Below, in pieces: positions 63,179 through 64,000 of a DNA stretch of 64,000 nucleotides (within the stretch, counting starts at the first letter, position 1; the number at the start of each line of letters is the position of its first letter). Below the pieces are notes generated by a model, which worked only from the letters and a program-made list of their open reading frames with translations, ran no database searches and was not told where the DNA came from. Made by a program: the position numbers and the translations under genes. The DNA is taken from positions 52,886,001 to 52,950,000 of the forward strand of contig CM060731.1 in the NCBI GenBank assembly GCA_030704615.1. Reading direction: 5' to 3'. The DNA comes from Takakia lepidozioides. Its lineage: Eukaryota > Plantae > Bryophyta.

Positions 63179-64000
63179 GGGCTCAAAGAGTGTGCGTTGA
63201 CGCACACTATTTTAAGCTGCCAGGTAAGTGTACATTGACCCTCACAGACATGTCCTATGTTGCCGAATTCCACAGAAAAAGACAATGTAAAAGTGGGCTC
63301 AAACAGTGTGCGTTGACGCACACTGTTTCACTTGCCAGGTAAATGATCATTGAACATCTACTTGCGCCAGGTAAGTGTTCATTGTAAACTCCAAGATATG
63401 CGGCCGATTTCGGATGAAAAAAGTGAAAAGGTGAGTTCGAACAGTGTGACATGTACAGCTCAAACAGTGTGCGTTGACGCACACTGTTTGAGCTGCCAGT
63501 GAGGGATTTTTTCATCCCCAGAAACGTGCCCTAAAGGTCGAATTTCAATCGGAAAAAACACTTACATGTTCAGCTCAAATAGTGTGCGCCAACACACACT
63601 GTTTGAGCTGCCACTGAATGGTTATTTCATCTTCAAAAACCTGCCCTGGAAGTCCGAATTTAACTCCAAGAACAGTGACATGTACAGCTCAAACAGTGTG
63701 CGTTGACGCACACTGTTTGAGCTGCCAGTGAGGGATTCTTTCATCCCCAGAAACGTGCCCTAAAGGTCAAATTTCAATCGGAAAAAACACTTACATGTTC
63801 AGCTCAAACAGTGTGCGCCAACGCACACTGTTTGAGCTGCCACTGAATGGTTATTTTATCATCATAAACCTGCCCTAGAAGTCCGAATTTAACACCAAAA
63901 ACACAGTGACATGTACAGCTCAAACAGTGTGCGTTGACGCACACTGTTTGAGCTGCCAGTGAGGGATTCCCAGAAACGTGCCCTAAAGGTCGAATTTCAA
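63179..64000. repeat. Tandem array, ~115-bp period (~229-bp A/B dimer), each unit with a 40-bp palindrome; runs off the right edge
   Basis: CAGCTCAAACAGTGTGCGT-TG-ACGCACACTGTTTGAGCTG at 63456, 63685 and 63916; variants at 63571 and 63800; degenerate copies at ~63179 and ~63295. Confidence 0.95.

Noticed and set aside
63179-64000. CRISPR-like array (palindromic repeats with regular spacing)
   Set aside because: The spacers are not unique (two types alternate), they are ~75 bp long, no cas genes are present and the context is eukaryotic. It is a satellite.

Overview
Eukaryotic nuclear DNA with spliceosomal introns, from a non-seed land plant (moss-like, inferred from gene content and style). 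From left to right: (1) an MKK3-type MAP kinase kinase with a C-terminal NTF2-like domain (- strand, running off the left edge), with LINE copies in one intron; (2) a cluster of six paralogous PLS-class PPR genes (11.7-43.3 kb), three with complete E-DYW ends and three damaged; (3) a multi-exon RNI-like/NLRC3-like LRR gene (EMB2004-like); (4) a repeat-rich, probably mobile region (53.5-64 kb). Two systems are invisible in the ORF track because they only appear after splicing. (A) Five of the six PPR genes carry small upstream exons, intact or decayed, encoding the PDF motif of plant organellar ssDNA-binding (OSB) proteins; in the cleanest copy they splice in frame to give leader-PDF-PLS PPR-E-DYW deaminase. 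(B) An in-frame 8-exon gene (~972 aa) fuses a ParB/Srx-like domain (DGNHR) to a beta-class N6A/N4C DNA-methyltransferase-like domain and lies beside an array of 40-bp palindromes spaced ~115 bp apart. One LINE family is present in many 5'-truncated copies with almost no 3' UTR, no poly(A), and TSDs starting with TCTC/CTCT. All domain calls come from motif recognition by eye; no database search was run.
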